64,000 bases of DNA from an uncultured Candidatus Rokubacteria bacterium. Lineage in GTDB: Bacteria > Methylomirabilota > Methylomirabilia > Rokubacteriales > CSP1-6. A model generated the notes under the pieces. The model searched no databases, was not told where the DNA came from, and saw only the letters and a list, made by a program, of their open reading frames with translations. Position 1 is the stretch's first letter. The number at the start of each line of letters is the position of its first letter. Made by a program: the position numbers and the translations under genes. The DNA is taken from the NCBI GenBank assembly GCA_963771355.1, contig CAVYTA010000006.1, positions 2,690,859-2,754,858 of the forward strand, given 5' to 3'. Shown piece after piece: positions 43,429 through 54,007 of this stretch.

Positions 43429-44274
43429 ATGGGCTACGGGGAAGTGCTCTACGAGGTGAAGGATCGCATCGCCACCGTCACGCTGCACCGCCCCGACAAG
43501 CTCAACGCGTGGACGGCGCAGATGGGGCGCGAGGTGCGCGCGGCCATGACCGAGGCGGGGCGCGACGAGGCAGTGCGCGTGATCGTGCTCACCGGCGCCG
43601 GGCGCGGCTTCTGCGCGGGCGCCGACATGGGGCTCCTGGCCGGGCTGGCCGGGGCGGGCGCGCCCACCGAGGACGCGGCGCAAGTCCTCCGCCGCGAGAA
43701 CGGCGAGGCGGCGGCCGCCGCCGGCGGCGACACGCGGCCGGACTTCCGCGGGCCCTACGCCTACTTCCCCACCATCCCCAAGCCCATCATCGGCGCGCTC
43801 AACGGCGCCACCGCGGGACTGGGGCTGGTGGTCGCGCTCTACTGCGACCTCCGCCTCGCCAGCGACGCCGCCGTCTTCACCACCGCCTTCTCGCGCCGGG
43901 GCCTGGTGGCCGAGCACGGCATCTCCTGGATGCTGCCCCGGCTGGTGGGCTTGCCCCACGCGCTGGATCTCCTCCTTTCCGCGCGGAAGATCGACGCCGG
44001 GGAGGCGCTGCGCATGGGGCTCGTGTCCCAGGTCCTGCCCGGGGCCGACTTCGCCGCCGGCGTCGCCGCCTATGCGCGCGAGCTGGCCGACCTCGTCTCC
44101 CCGCGCTCGATGCAGGTGATCAAGCGCCAGCTCTGGGAGGCGCAATTCCAGGACCTCGCCGAGGCCACCGCGGTCGCGGAGACCGAGATGCGGCGCTCCT
44201 TCGGGAGCGAGGACTTCCGCGAGGGCGTGGCCCACTTCCTGGAGAAGCGCGCGCCGCGCTTCACCGGACGCTGA
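43429..44274 (+). CDS. Enoyl-CoA hydratase/isomerase
   Basis: LTGAGRGFCAGAD, PKPIIGALNG, DFREGV..FLEKRAP. Confidence 0.92.
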   Translation: MGYGEVLYEVKDRIATVTLHRPDKLNAWTAQMGREVRAAMTEAGRDEAVRVIVLTGAGRGFCAGADMGLLAGLAGAGAPTEDAAQVLRRENGEAAAAAGGDTRPDFRGPYAYFPTIPKPIIGALNGATAGLGLVVALYCDLRLASDAAVFTTAFSRRGLVAEHGISWMLPRLVGLPHALDLLLSARKIDAGEALRMGLVSQVLPGADFAAGVAAYARELADLVSPRSMQVIKRQLWEAQFQDLAEATAVAETEMRRSFGSEDFREGVAHFLEKRAPRFTGR

Positions 44275-44443
44275 TACCTTCACCCTGGACAACTAGGGCG
44301 CCGCCTACGGACGCCCGGGTGTGGCTCGAGCTGGACCCCCGGCAGATGGCGCCGATCGAGTAGACCGCGCGCGGACTTGACCCGAGGGCGCGGGGCGGAC
44401 TACCCTCGTCCCGACCTCCAATCCGACACCCAGGAGCCCCAGC

Positions 44444-45367
44444 GTGAATCAGGCGGATCGCATCTCGGGCGTGCTCTCCCCCGTGGTCACCCCCTTCAAG
44501 GCCGACCTCAGCCCCGACCCCGAGCGCTTCGTGCGCCAGTGTCGCTGGCTCCTCTCGCAGAATGTGGGGCTCGCGGTATTCGGGACCAACTCGGAGGCGA
44601 ACTCGCTGTCGGTGGACGAGAAGATCGAGCTGCTCGATCGTCTGGTCGCCGCCGGGCTCGACCCCGCGCGCATGATGCCGGGCACGGGCGCGTGCGCCCT
44701 CACGGATACGGTGCGTCTCACCGGGCACGCGGTCAAGGCGGGCTGCGGCGGCGTGCTCATGCTGCCGCCCTTCTACTACAAGGGCGTGAGCGACGATGGA
44801 CTCTTCCGGAGCTTCGCGGAGGTGATCGAGCGGGTGGCCGACGTGCGGCTGCGCGTGTACGTCTATCACATCCCGCCGGTGTCCCAGGTGCCGATCACGC
44901 TGCCCCTCATCGAGCGATTGCTCAAGGCCTATCCGGGGACGGTGGCGGGTGTGAAGGACTCCTCCGGCGACTGGGGCAATACCAAGGCCATGCTGGACGC
45001 CTTCGCCGCCTCCGGCTTCGACGTCTTCGCGGGGAGCGAGACCTTCCTCCTCGCCAACATGCGGGGCGGCGGCAAGGGCTGCATCAGCGCCACCGCCAAC
45101 GTCAACCCGGGCCCCATCGCGCGGCTCTGCGCCTCCTGGACGGGCGCGGACGCGGACGCGCAGCAGGCGCGCCTGGACGAGATCCGCGGCGTCTTCCAGA
45201 AGTTCCCCATGATCCCCGCGCTGAAGGCGGCCATCGCGCACCACGGCGGCGACCCCGCGTGGGCCACCGTGCGGCCGCCTTTGGTGGACCTCGACCGTGA
45301 GCCCGCCGCCGCGCTCGTCGCCGAGCTCGACCGTCGCGGCTTCACCATGCCCGGACTCAAGGCCTAG
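44444..45367 (+). CDS. Dihydrodipicolinate synthase-family aldolase/dehydratase
   Basis: VTPF, GTNSE, PPFYY, YHIP, GVKDSSGD Schiff-base Lys. Confidence 0.9.
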   Translation: MNQADRISGVLSPVVTPFKADLSPDPERFVRQCRWLLSQNVGLAVFGTNSEANSLSVDEKIELLDRLVAAGLDPARMMPGTGACALTDTVRLTGHAVKAGCGGVLMLPPFYYKGVSDDGLFRSFAEVIERVADVRLRVYVYHIPPVSQVPITLPLIERLLKAYPGTVAGVKDSSGDWGNTKAMLDAFAASGFDVFAGSETFLLANMRGGGKGCISATANVNPGPIARLCASWTGADADAQQARLDEIRGVFQKFPMIPALKAAIAHHGGDPAWATVRPPLVDLDREPAAALVAELDRRGFTMPGLKA

Positions 45368-45392
45368 CCCGAGGGGTCACGGTCACCGAGAA

Positions 45393-45857
45393 ATGCCCGT
45401 CGCGGGGATCTACCACACCGGTCTCAGCGTCAGCGATCTCGACCGGTCCATCGCGTTCTACCGCGATCTGCTCGGGCTCGAGCTGGTCGCCCAGTGGGAC
45501 AGCAGCCAGCCCTACCTCCGCACCGTGGTCGGGTTTCCCGACGGCGAGCTGCGCATCGCCCTCCTCCGCCTGCCTGGTGAGGCGGGCGCCGCCGGGCATC
45601 ACCTCGAGCTTCTCGAGTACCGCGTGCCCCGCGGGGCGCGGGGCGACCCGCGCACCTGCAATCCCGGCAACGTGCACGTGGCCTTCCGCGTGGAGGACCT
45701 CGACGCGACCTACCACGAGCTCCGGGCCAAGGGCGTACGCTTCAAGTCGGCGCCGGTGGAGGTCACGCATGGCCGCAACCGCGGCGCCAAGGCCGTCTAC
45801 CTGCTGGACCCCGACGACATCACGCTCGAGATGATGCAGCCGCCCGCGCGCGCATGA
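45393..45857 (+). CDS. VOC/glyoxalase family protein
   Basis: HTGLSVSDLDRSIAFYRDLLG, LELLEY, HVAF, DPDD-x-x-LE. Confidence 0.9.
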   Translation: MPVAGIYHTGLSVSDLDRSIAFYRDLLGLELVAQWDSSQPYLRTVVGFPDGELRIALLRLPGEAGAAGHHLELLEYRVPRGARGDPRTCNPGNVHVAFRVEDLDATYHELRAKGVRFKSAPVEVTHGRNRGAKAVYLLDPDDITLEMMQPPARA

Positions 45858-46621
45858 CGAGCCTCGATCTCTTTCGTCTGGACGGCCAGGTGGCGGTGGT
45901 GGTGGGCGGCGCCGGCGGGCTCGGCGCCGCCATCGCGCGCGGGCTGGCGGAGGCGGGGGCGCCGGTGGCCGTCGCCGACGCCAATGCCGCCGGGGCGAAG
46001 ACGGTCGCCGACGGGATCGTCGCCGCAGGGGGGCGCGCGCAGGCGGTGACGGTGGACGTGACCGACGCCGCCAGCGTGGGGGGCATGGCGGAGGAGGTGG
46101 AGTCGCGCCTCGGCCCCATCGAGATCCTCATGAATAGCGCGGGGATCACGCACCGGAGCCCCGCGACGGAGTTCCCCGAGGCGCAGTGGCACCGGGTCAT
46201 CGCGGTGAACCTGACCGGCGTCTACCTGGCCAGCCAGGCCGTCGGACGCCTCATGGTGGCGCGCCGCCGGGGCCGCATCATCAATATCGCGTCGATCGCC
46301 GGGGAGATCGGGCTCTCCGGCACCATCGCCTACTCGGCGAGCAAAGGCGGCGTCGTCCAGCTCACGCGCGCCCTCGCGGTGGAGTGGGCCCCGCACAATG
46401 TCCGCGTCAATGCCATCGCGCCGTCCTGGTTCAGCACCGATATCGGCGATCTCATCCACCGCGAGCCCGAGTACGAGAGGCGCGCCATGCAGCGCGTGCC
46501 GGCGGGCCGGATGGGCCGGCCCGACGAGCTCGTGGGCGCGGCGCTCTATCTGGCCTCGGAGGCCTCCAGCATGGTGACCGGCCACATCCTCGCCGTCGAC
46601 GGCGGGACCCTCGCGTCGTAG
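45854..46621 (+). CDS. Short-chain dehydrogenase (gluconate 5-dehydrogenase-like)
   Basis: GGAGGLG, NSAG, YSASKGG, RVNAIAP, VDGG. Confidence 0.92.
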   Translation: MTSLDLFRLDGQVAVVVGGAGGLGAAIARGLAEAGAPVAVADANAAGAKTVADGIVAAGGRAQAVTVDVTDAASVGGMAEEVESRLGPIEILMNSAGITHRSPATEFPEAQWHRVIAVNLTGVYLASQAVGRLMVARRRGRIINIASIAGEIGLSGTIAYSASKGGVVQLTRALAVEWAPHNVRVNAIAPSWFSTDIGDLIHREPEYERRAMQRVPAGRMGRPDELVGAALYLASEASSMVTGHILAVDGGTLAS

Positions 46622-46647
46622 CCGAAGAGGACGGGGTCCACGTCGGG

Positions 46648-47499
46648 CTAACCCTTGAGGCCGCCCGCGCCCCATCCGGCGACGAGATAGCGCTGGATGG
46701 CCACGAAGAAGATGAGCGCGGGGAGGGTCACCATGACGCCGGCGGCCATGATCAGCCCCCAGTCCACCACCGCCATGTGGAAGAACTCGTTGATTCCGAT
46801 GGCGAGGGTCTTGAGCTCGTCCTTGCCGATGAGCACGAGGGCGAAGAGGAAGTCGTTCCAGGCCACGATGAAGGTGAAGATCGCAGTGGCGATGATCCCG
46901 GGGAGCGCGAGCGGCATCACGATGTAGGCGAGGGCCTGGGCGCGGTTGGCCCCGTCGATGAGGGCGGCGTGCTCGAGCTCGATGGGAATGGACTGGAAGA
47001 ACGCGCGGAGGATCCAGAGCGCATACGGCAGCGAGAAGGAGATGTACGTCAGCGCGAGCCCGAGGAGCGAGTTCGTCAGGCCGAGCTCGCGGGCGAACAG
47101 GAAGAGGGGGACCAGCATGATGATCGGGGGGAACATGTAGGCGAGGAGGGTGAGCCGCGCCACCAAGGTCCGGCCCGGGAAGGCGTAGCGGGTCAGGCTG
47201 TAGGCGCCGATCACGCCGGCGGCGATGACGAGGACGGTGGTGACCGCGGCCACGATCACGGTGTTCTGGAAATACGTCCAGAAGCTCGTCTCGTAGAAGA
47301 GCTTGCGGTAGGCGCGGAGCTCCCACTCATGCGGCACGAACGTCGGCGGCGAGGCGAGCAGCTCGTGGCTGACCTTGAACGAGGAGACCACCATCCAGTA
47401 GAGCGGAAACGCGCAGAAGACGAAGAGGCCGAGGCGAAGTCCCCAGGCCGCGGCGGTGGACAGGGGGCGGCCGCGCCTCCGCCCAGAGGTCCTAGCCAT
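46648..47499 (-). CDS. Carbohydrate ABC permease (MalG type)
   Basis: IPIELEHAALIDGA EAA-like loop, WNDFLFAL. Confidence 0.92.
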   Translation of the reverse strand: MARTSGRRRGRPLSTAAAWGLRLGLFVFCAFPLYWMVVSSFKVSHELLASPPTFVPHEWELRAYRKLFYETSFWTYFQNTVIVAAVTTVLVIAAGVIGAYSLTRYAFPGRTLVARLTLLAYMFPPIIMLVPLFLFARELGLTNSLLGLALTYISFSLPYALWILRAFFQSIPIELEHAALIDGANRAQALAYIVMPLALPGIIATAIFTFIVAWNDFLFALVLIGKDELKTLAIGINEFFHMAVVDWGLIMAAGVMVTLPALIFFVAIQRYLVAGWGAGGLKG

Positions 47500-48424
47500 T
47501 GCTCTCCTCCGATTCGGGCGGAAACGCCACGAAGTAGATCGTCACCACCATGAGGAGGAGCGCCAGCATGATGTTCGAGAGGGAGGCGCCCATCCCCGCC
47601 TGGTAATAGGTGAACGACCGCTGATAGGTGAAGACGGGGAGGGTCCGGATCGCCTCGCCCGCTCCCCCGCCGAAGCCCAGCAGCCAGGGCACGTCGAACT
47701 TGGTGAACATCCAGATGCCGCGCAGGAGCAGGACGATCAGGAGCACGTTCCGGAGCTGCGGCAGCGTGACGTGGAGGAACTGCCGGACGGCCGAGGCCCC
47801 GTCCACGCGGGCGGCGTCGTAGAGCTCCGGCGGAATGGTCTGCAGCCGTGCGAGCACGTTGACGAGCACGAAGGGGAAGAAGGTCCACACCGAGAGGATG
47901 ATCAGCACCCACATGATCGTCCCGTGGGCGAGCCACGCCTCCGGCATCCCCGGGATCGCGAGCGCGCCCAGGACGTACGGCACCACCCCGTAGAGGTCGT
48001 TCATGAGCCAGCGCCAGACGAAGACGGCGATGACGGTGGGGATCATGTACGGGAAGAGGGCCACCCCCCGGAGGAAGTCGCAGCCGGGGAACCGCTGGTG
48101 CAGGATGAGGGCGCCGGCGACGCCGGCGACGATCTGCAGCGCCGTGCTCGAGACCGCGTACACGGTGGCGAGATAGACGCTCCGCCAGAAATCGGGATCG
48201 GCGAGGATCTGGACGTAGTTGTCGAGCCCGACCCAGGTGCTGGTGGCGCGGAGCGAATGCTTCGCGAAGAAGCCGAGCCACACGTTGTAGGCGACGGGGA
48301 AGATCGTGAACGCGAGGACGAGCGCGGCGGAGGGCAGGAACAGGCCCAGCCCGATGAGGGCCTGGCGCCGGTGGCGCGACGCGCGGCCCGGGGCCAGGAG
48401 GAGGGTTTCAGCCTGGACGGTCAT
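47492..48424 (-). CDS. Carbohydrate ABC permease (MalF type)
   Basis: VGLDNY, LQTIPPELYDAARVDGA, HVTLP. Confidence 0.92.
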   Translation of the reverse strand: MTVQAETLLLAPGRASRHRRQALIGLGLFLPSAALVLAFTIFPVAYNVWLGFFAKHSLRATSTWVGLDNYVQILADPDFWRSVYLATVYAVSSTALQIVAGVAGALILHQRFPGCDFLRGVALFPYMIPTVIAVFVWRWLMNDLYGVVPYVLGALAIPGMPEAWLAHGTIMWVLIILSVWTFFPFVLVNVLARLQTIPPELYDAARVDGASAVRQFLHVTLPQLRNVLLIVLLLRGIWMFTKFDVPWLLGFGGGAGEAIRTLPVFTYQRSFTYYQAGMGASLSNIMLALLLMVVTIYFVAFPPESEESNG

Positions 48425-48493
48425 GGACGAGCGCGCAAGCGCCGGGGCCCCCGCTCGGAGAGGACCCCGGCGCCCACCTTCACGCTCCGCTCC

Positions 48494-49900
48494 CTACTTG
48501 GCCTTGCCGATGATGTCGCGGTTGATCTTGTCGGTGGCTTCCTTGGCGGCCGCGCGCGGGTCCTTCCCTCGCTCCACCACCGCCATCGCCATGTCGGCCA
48601 GGATCGGCGCCGCCGCGACGTCGCCGATCCAGGGGATCAGCTTGTCCTGGGGATTGCACACGAGTAGCGGGTGCGCCCGTCCCGACTCCACCCACTTGAC
48701 CTGCGCGTCGAGCCACGGCTTCCAGCGCTTGCGCTCGGGATGCCCCGTGTACGAGGAGTCCTGGAAGTCGGCCTTGAAGATCGAGAGGATGTGAAGGGGC
48801 ACCGAGTCGCAGTACCGGCGGTAGTTCTCGGCCTTGAAGAAGAACTTGAGGAACTCCTTCGTGGCGGCCTTCTCGTCGGCCGGGGCATCCTTGTAGATCA
48901 CCCACGGCTCGTTGTCGAACTGCGTGAGCGGCGCCTTGCCCATGGGTCCGATGGTCTTCGGCCAGACCTGGAAGACGTCGGGATTCCGCTTGTCGGGCGG
49001 CGCGTACTGGTCGATGTAGCCCGCGGTCCGGCCCCACACCATCGCCTGTGCCGTCTTCCCCGTCGCCCACGCGGAGAGCGTCTCGAGGTAGTCGTGCGAG
49101 GCCCAGCCGGGCGGCAGGAAGGGCTTGAGCTTCTTCCAGAACTCGAGCATCCCGAGCACCTGCGGGCTCTCCAGCGCCGGGTTGCCCTTGGCGTCGAAGA
49201 GGCTCCCGCCATTGGACGCCGTCCACATGTAGACGTCCTCGTTGACGAAGAACGGGATGCCGGCGAGGGCGAGGCCGTAGTGCTGCGGCGCCTTGGTGAG
49301 CTTCGGCAGGTCGCGGAGCCAGTCGTCCCAGGTCTTCCACGTGCGCGGGTCGACGCCCGCGGCCTGCGCGTAGTCGCCGCGGCCGCCCAGAAACTCTGCG
49401 CCCCAGGCGTGGGTGATCCCCCAGTACTTGCCGTCCGGGTACTTGAGCCACTGGAGCACGGACGGGAAGATCTTGTCCTCGCCGATCGCCTTGATGACGT
49501 CGTCCACCGGCTCGATGAGTCCCTTTTCCTTGAAGGACGTGACGACGTAGGTCTGGGTGTGCGAGGCGCTCGGCGGGCTCTTCGCCGCCATCGCCGCCTG
49601 GAGCTTCCGGTCCATGTCGCCCCAGCCCATGCCCTCGGCGCGGACCTCGATGTCCTTGTGGAGCTTCTGGAAGTCCTCGACGATGGCCTTCATCGCCGCG
49701 CGCGTGGCGGGATTGGGCTCGGTATCCCACATCGTGACGGCGACCTTCTTCTGCGCGCCGGCCGGGCGCGCGCTCCCCACCAGCGCGGCGCCCGCGGCGC
49801 CGCCGCCGAGCCGGGCCAGGAAGGCGCGGCGGCTCAGGGCGCCCTCGGCGCGCTCCTTGACCAGCCGCTGGAGATCCGGAACGCTCTCCCAACGCTTCAT
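48494..49900 (-). CDS. Carbohydrate ABC substrate-binding protein (Tat signal)
   Basis: SRRAFL motif; SBP_bac_1-like; directly upstream of two sugar permeases. Confidence 0.85.
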   Translation of the reverse strand: MKRWESVPDLQRLVKERAEGALSRRAFLARLGGGAAGAALVGSARPAGAQKKVAVTMWDTEPNPATRAAMKAIVEDFQKLHKDIEVRAEGMGWGDMDRKLQAAMAAKSPPSASHTQTYVVTSFKEKGLIEPVDDVIKAIGEDKIFPSVLQWLKYPDGKYWGITHAWGAEFLGGRGDYAQAAGVDPRTWKTWDDWLRDLPKLTKAPQHYGLALAGIPFFVNEDVYMWTASNGGSLFDAKGNPALESPQVLGMLEFWKKLKPFLPPGWASHDYLETLSAWATGKTAQAMVWGRTAGYIDQYAPPDKRNPDVFQVWPKTIGPMGKAPLTQFDNEPWVIYKDAPADEKAATKEFLKFFFKAENYRRYCDSVPLHILSIFKADFQDSSYTGHPERKRWKPWLDAQVKWVESGRAHPLLVCNPQDKLIPWIGDVAAAPILADMAMAVVERGKDPRAAAKEATDKINRDIIGKAK

Positions 49901-50808
49901 GGTGTCGCTCCTTTCACGGATGACCCCGAGGGGGCGCCGAGCTTCGGAATCACGTCGGCGGCCACCTTCTCGAGGATCGGGAACTGCTCGGGAGCCGGCT
50001 GGTCGATGATGAACTCGTGGACGCCGACCTCGGCGTAGCGCCCGATGACGTCCTCGAAGGCATTCACGCTCGCCCACGGGTCGGGGAGGCCCTGCTCCGC
50101 CATCTTGCTCGCCCAGCCGTAGAACGAGCGCGAGATCGTCCCCGGGTCTCGTCCGAGCGCCGCGCAGTGCGCGTCGAGGATCTGATTGCGCTCACGCATC
50201 TCCGCGACCGTCCCGAAGGAGTTCCACCGGTCCGCGAACTCGGCGCAGATCCGCAGCATGCGCGTCTGGTGTGCGCCGAGGGTCAGCGGCGGCCGGGGAG
50301 TCTGGAGGGAACGCGGGCGAAGGTGGGCGTCCTTCAACCGGTAGTGCCGGCCGGTGAAGGTCGCCGATCCGTGGCGCAGCAGCGTGTCCACGATGCGCAC
50401 CGCCTCGTGGAACCGGCCCACCAGCTCGCCGGGCGGGGGAAAGTCGATGCCGAACTGCGCGTGCTCGGGAACGAACCAGCCGGCCCCGAGTCCCAGCTCG
50501 AGACGTCCGTTGGAGACATGATCGACGGTCATGGCCTGATGCGCGAGCAGGGCGGGGTGGCGGAAGTTGTTGCAGCTCACCAGCACGCCGACCCGGATGC
50601 GCTCGGTCCGCGCGGCGAGGGCGGCGAGGAGCGTCCACCCCTCGTAGAAGGGGCCGCTCGGGCGGCTCGGCTGGTTGAAGTGGTCGCAGTCCCAGACGCT
50701 GTCGAAGCCGAGACGCTCGAAGTACTGCCAGCGCTCGACGAGCGTCGGCCAGGGCAGGTTCTGGTCGGTGCAGAGTCCGAAGCGCATCGGGCGCGGGGTC
50801 GTGGGCAT
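49897..50808 (-). CDS. LLM-class flavin-dependent oxidoreductase
   Basis: GFDSVW-x-x-DH, LAALAARTERIRVG, RHPALLA, SNGRLELGLGAGW. Confidence 0.9.
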   Translation of the reverse strand: MPTTPRPMRFGLCTDQNLPWPTLVERWQYFERLGFDSVWDCDHFNQPSRPSGPFYEGWTLLAALAARTERIRVGVLVSCNNFRHPALLAHQAMTVDHVSNGRLELGLGAGWFVPEHAQFGIDFPPPGELVGRFHEAVRIVDTLLRHGSATFTGRHYRLKDAHLRPRSLQTPRPPLTLGAHQTRMLRICAEFADRWNSFGTVAEMRERNQILDAHCAALGRDPGTISRSFYGWASKMAEQGLPDPWASVNAFEDVIGRYAEVGVHEFIIDQPAPEQFPILEKVAADVIPKLGAPSGSSVKGATP

Positions 50809-50946
50809 CTCGATCCTCACCTGGCGCGACGAAGGACGTGGCGCCACGATTCGAGCCGTCGAGGGCGCCCGATTATCGAAGATCGGCGCGAGGCTGTCAA
50901 GGACGGCCCGACCGAGCGGCGCGTGGGCGCGCTACAATGCCGCCGC

Positions 50947-52143
50947 ATGGCGCGTCCGCTCGACGGCCTCACCGCGCTGGACCTGGCCACCTTCGTGGCC
51001 GCGCCCTTCTGCTGCACGCTGCTGGGCGAGTTCGGCGCCGAGGTGATCAAGGTGGAGCAGCCGGGCCTTGGCGACGATCTCCGCCGCCTGGGCCGCGCCT
51101 CCGCCGACGGGCCCTCCTACCTCTGGCTGGTCGAGGCGCGGAACAAGAAGTCCATCACCTGCAACCTGCGCACCGCCGAGGGCCAGGCCCTCATCAAGCG
51201 CCTCGTCGCCTCCACCGACGTCGTCGCCGAGAACTTCCGGCCCGGCACGCTCGAGCGCTGGCATCTCGGCTGGGAGGATCTGCGCGCGGTGAACCGCGGT
51301 GTCGTCATGGTGCGCATCTCCGCCTTCGGGCAGACGGGACCGTACCGGGAGCGCCCCGGCTTCGGGCGCATCGCCGCGGCGGTGAGCGGAGCCAGCTACA
51401 TCTCGGGCGACCCCGATCGCCCGCCCGTCACGCCCGGCACGCCCACCATTCCCGACTACCTGGCCGGCGTGATGGGCGCCTTCGGGGCTCTCGCCGCCAT
51501 CCAGCACCGTCATCGCACCGGCGAGGGGCAGGTGGTGGACGTGGCCCTCTACGAACCCCTGCTCCGGATGCTGGACGAGCTGCTCCCCGCCTATGGGGGG
51601 GAGGGGCACGTGCGCGAGCGCATCGGGTCGGGGACCGAGTACGTGGTGCCCCACAATCACTACCGGACGCGCGATGGGCGCTGGATTGCCATCGCGTGCA
51701 CGAATGACCGGATGTTCGAGCGTCTGGTCACCGGCGCCATGAAACGGCCGGAGCTCCTCGCCGACTTCGGGTCGGTCGCCGCCCGGTTGAGGCGCCGCGG
51801 GGAGGTCGATGACCTCGTCCAGGCCTGGGTGGCCGGGCAAGACGCCGCCGAGGCGCTCGGCCTCCTCGAGCGCGCCGAGGTGCCCGGCTCTCCCGTCAAC
51901 AGCGTGCGCGATCTCTTCGAGGACGCGCACATGCAGGCCCGCGAGAATATCCTGAGCGCGACCAGCCCGCTGGGCACGCTGATCCGCATGGCGGGCATCG
52001 TCCCCAAGCTGAGCCTGACGCCGGGCGGCGTCGACGCGCTGGGGCCGCAGGAGCCGGGCGCCCACAACGAGGAGATCTACCGCGGGCGGCTCGGCCTCGG
52101 CCGCGACGAATTCGCGGGGCTGCGCGCCCGCGGCGTGATCTGA
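50947..52143 (+). CDS. CoA-transferase family III (CaiB/BaiF)
   Basis: GAEVIKVE, RNKKS, ENFRPG, FGQTGP, catalytic Asp in IPDY, GAHNEE. Confidence 0.93.
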   Translation: MARPLDGLTALDLATFVAAPFCCTLLGEFGAEVIKVEQPGLGDDLRRLGRASADGPSYLWLVEARNKKSITCNLRTAEGQALIKRLVASTDVVAENFRPGTLERWHLGWEDLRAVNRGVVMVRISAFGQTGPYRERPGFGRIAAAVSGASYISGDPDRPPVTPGTPTIPDYLAGVMGAFGALAAIQHRHRTGEGQVVDVALYEPLLRMLDELLPAYGGEGHVRERIGSGTEYVVPHNHYRTRDGRWIAIACTNDRMFERLVTGAMKRPELLADFGSVAARLRRRGEVDDLVQAWVAGQDAAEALGLLERAEVPGSPVNSVRDLFEDAHMQARENILSATSPLGTLIRMAGIVPKLSLTPGGVDALGPQEPGAHNEEIYRGRLGLGRDEFAGLRARGVI

Positions 52144-52259
52144 GCGCGCGCGCCAAGCCGCGCCGGGCTTGACGCCCTCCCGTCCAGGCCCTACGCTCGC
52201 CCTGGCGCCCGCGGCTGCGCGGGCGCCCGATCTCAGCGATTCCGCCAGGGAGGCGCCCC

Positions 52260-53963
52260 GTGCTCGATTTGATGATCACGAACGCACGCATCATCGACGG
52301 TCTCGGCACGCCCGCGCGGGACGGCAGCCTCGGCGTCAAGGATGGCCGCATCGCCGCGCTCTCCGCCGACCGCGGCGGCGCCGACCTGGGCCCCGCGCGC
52401 GAGACGGTGGACGCCGGCGGGCGCACCCTCGCCCCGGGTATCGTGGACATCCATACCCACTACGACGCCCAGCTCACCTGGGATCCCTTCGCGACGCCCT
52501 CGTCGTCACTGGGCGTCACCACGGTGGTGATCGGCAACTGCGGCTTCACCATCGCCCCCTGCCGGCCGCAGCACCGCGACATCATCGTGCGCAACCTGAC
52601 CCACGTGGAAGGTATGTCGCTGGAGGCGCTCCGCGCGGGCATCAACTGGGACTTCGAGACCTACCCCGACTATCTCGCGTCCCTCGAGCGCCGGGGCATG
52701 GTGCCCAACGTGGCCTCCTTCGTGGGCCACTCCTCGGTGCGCACCTGGGTGCTCGGCGACGAGGCCAGCACGCGCGCCGCCACCGCGGCGGAGGTGGCGG
52801 AGATGCGCCGTCTCGTGCTCGAGGCGATGCGGGCGGGCGCCATCGGCTTCGCCACCTCCACGCTCGAGCAGCACAACGGTGAGAACGGCATCCCCATGCC
52901 GTCACGGCTCGCCGACGAGCGGGAGATGCTCGCGCTGACCGGCGCGCTGGGAGAGGCGGGCCGCGGCGTGTTCATGCTCACCAAGGGCATGACCTCCACC
53001 ATCCCCTGGCTGGAGAAGATCTCCGCGGAGAGCGGCCGGCCGGTGATGATCGCGGCGATGTTCGTGGACCCCGGCGATCCCACCCGGGTCTTCCGGGAGC
53101 TCGGCGAGATCGGGCAGGCGCGGGCGCGCGGGCGCGAGCTGTGGGCGCAGGTGGGCTGCTTCCCGCTCGGCATGGAGTTCACCCTGCGCCACCCCTACCC
53201 GCTGGAGGCCTTCCTCGCCTGGCGGCCCGCCATCGTGGCCGACACCGAGGCGCGCTACCGCGCCGCGCTCGCCGATCCGTCGTTCCGCGCCGGGCTCAAG
53301 AAGGAGATCTCGCAGCCCGGAGTGCCGAACCGCTTCAGCGACAAGAACTGGGACCACCTCAGCATCATGGAGGTGACGCGCCCCGAGCACCGGGGGCTGG
53401 TGGGGCGGACCATCGGCGACCTCGCGCGCGAGCGCGGCGTGCACCCGTGGGACTGCTTCCTCGACTTCGGGCTGGACGGCGAGCTCGACGCCATGTTCGA
53501 GTGCCGCCTCTTCAACATCGACGAGGAGGAGGTGAAGCGGCTGCTGCAGCACCCGCACGCGGCGGTGGCGCTGTCCGACGCGGGCGCGCACCTCTCCTTC
53601 CTCTGCGACGCCGGCTTCGGGCTGCACCTCTTCGGGCACTGGGCGCGCGAGCGCGGCGACCTCACCCTGGAGGACGCGGTGCGCGCGGTGACGAGCACGG
53701 TGGCGGACGCCTATCGCATTCCGGGCCGCGGCCGGCTGGCCGCGGGTGCGTGGGCGGATCTCCTCCTCTTCGATCCGAAGACGGTGGGGCGCGGCGAGAA
53801 GCGCCGGGTCAACGACCTCCCCACGGGGGCGAGCCGCCTGGACACGCCGGCGGTGGGTGTGCACGGCGTCTGGGTGAACGGCGTGCGGACGGTGGACGAG
53901 CGGGGGGCGATCATCCCGGATTGCGGCCGGCCCGGCCGCCTGCTGCGCGAGTTCTCGGCCTGA
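52260..53963 (+). CDS. N-acyl-D-amino acid deacylase-family amidohydrolase
   Basis: PGIVDIHTHYD, GVTTVVIGNCG, SDAGAH, ADLLLFDP, VWVNG. Confidence 0.9.
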   Translation: MLDLMITNARIIDGLGTPARDGSLGVKDGRIAALSADRGGADLGPARETVDAGGRTLAPGIVDIHTHYDAQLTWDPFATPSSSLGVTTVVIGNCGFTIAPCRPQHRDIIVRNLTHVEGMSLEALRAGINWDFETYPDYLASLERRGMVPNVASFVGHSSVRTWVLGDEASTRAATAAEVAEMRRLVLEAMRAGAIGFATSTLEQHNGENGIPMPSRLADEREMLALTGALGEAGRGVFMLTKGMTSTIPWLEKISAESGRPVMIAAMFVDPGDPTRVFRELGEIGQARARGRELWAQVGCFPLGMEFTLRHPYPLEAFLAWRPAIVADTEARYRAALADPSFRAGLKKEISQPGVPNRFSDKNWDHLSIMEVTRPEHRGLVGRTIGDLARERGVHPWDCFLDFGLDGELDAMFECRLFNIDEEEVKRLLQHPHAAVALSDAGAHLSFLCDAGFGLHLFGHWARERGDLTLEDAVRAVTSTVADAYRIPGRGRLAAGAWADLLLFDPKTVGRGEKRRVNDLPTGASRLDTPAVGVHGVWVNGVRTVDERGAIIPDCGRPGRLLREFSA

Positions 53964-53970
53964 CGTCGCC
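53870..53970 (+). repeat. Copy 1 of a ~101 bp direct repeat (3' end of the deacylase gene)
   Basis: Near-identical to 55572-55673. Confidence 0.95.
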
Positions 53971-54007
53971 GGGCCGCCTGGTGCCGAAATAGGACCGCTT
54001 CAGAGCG

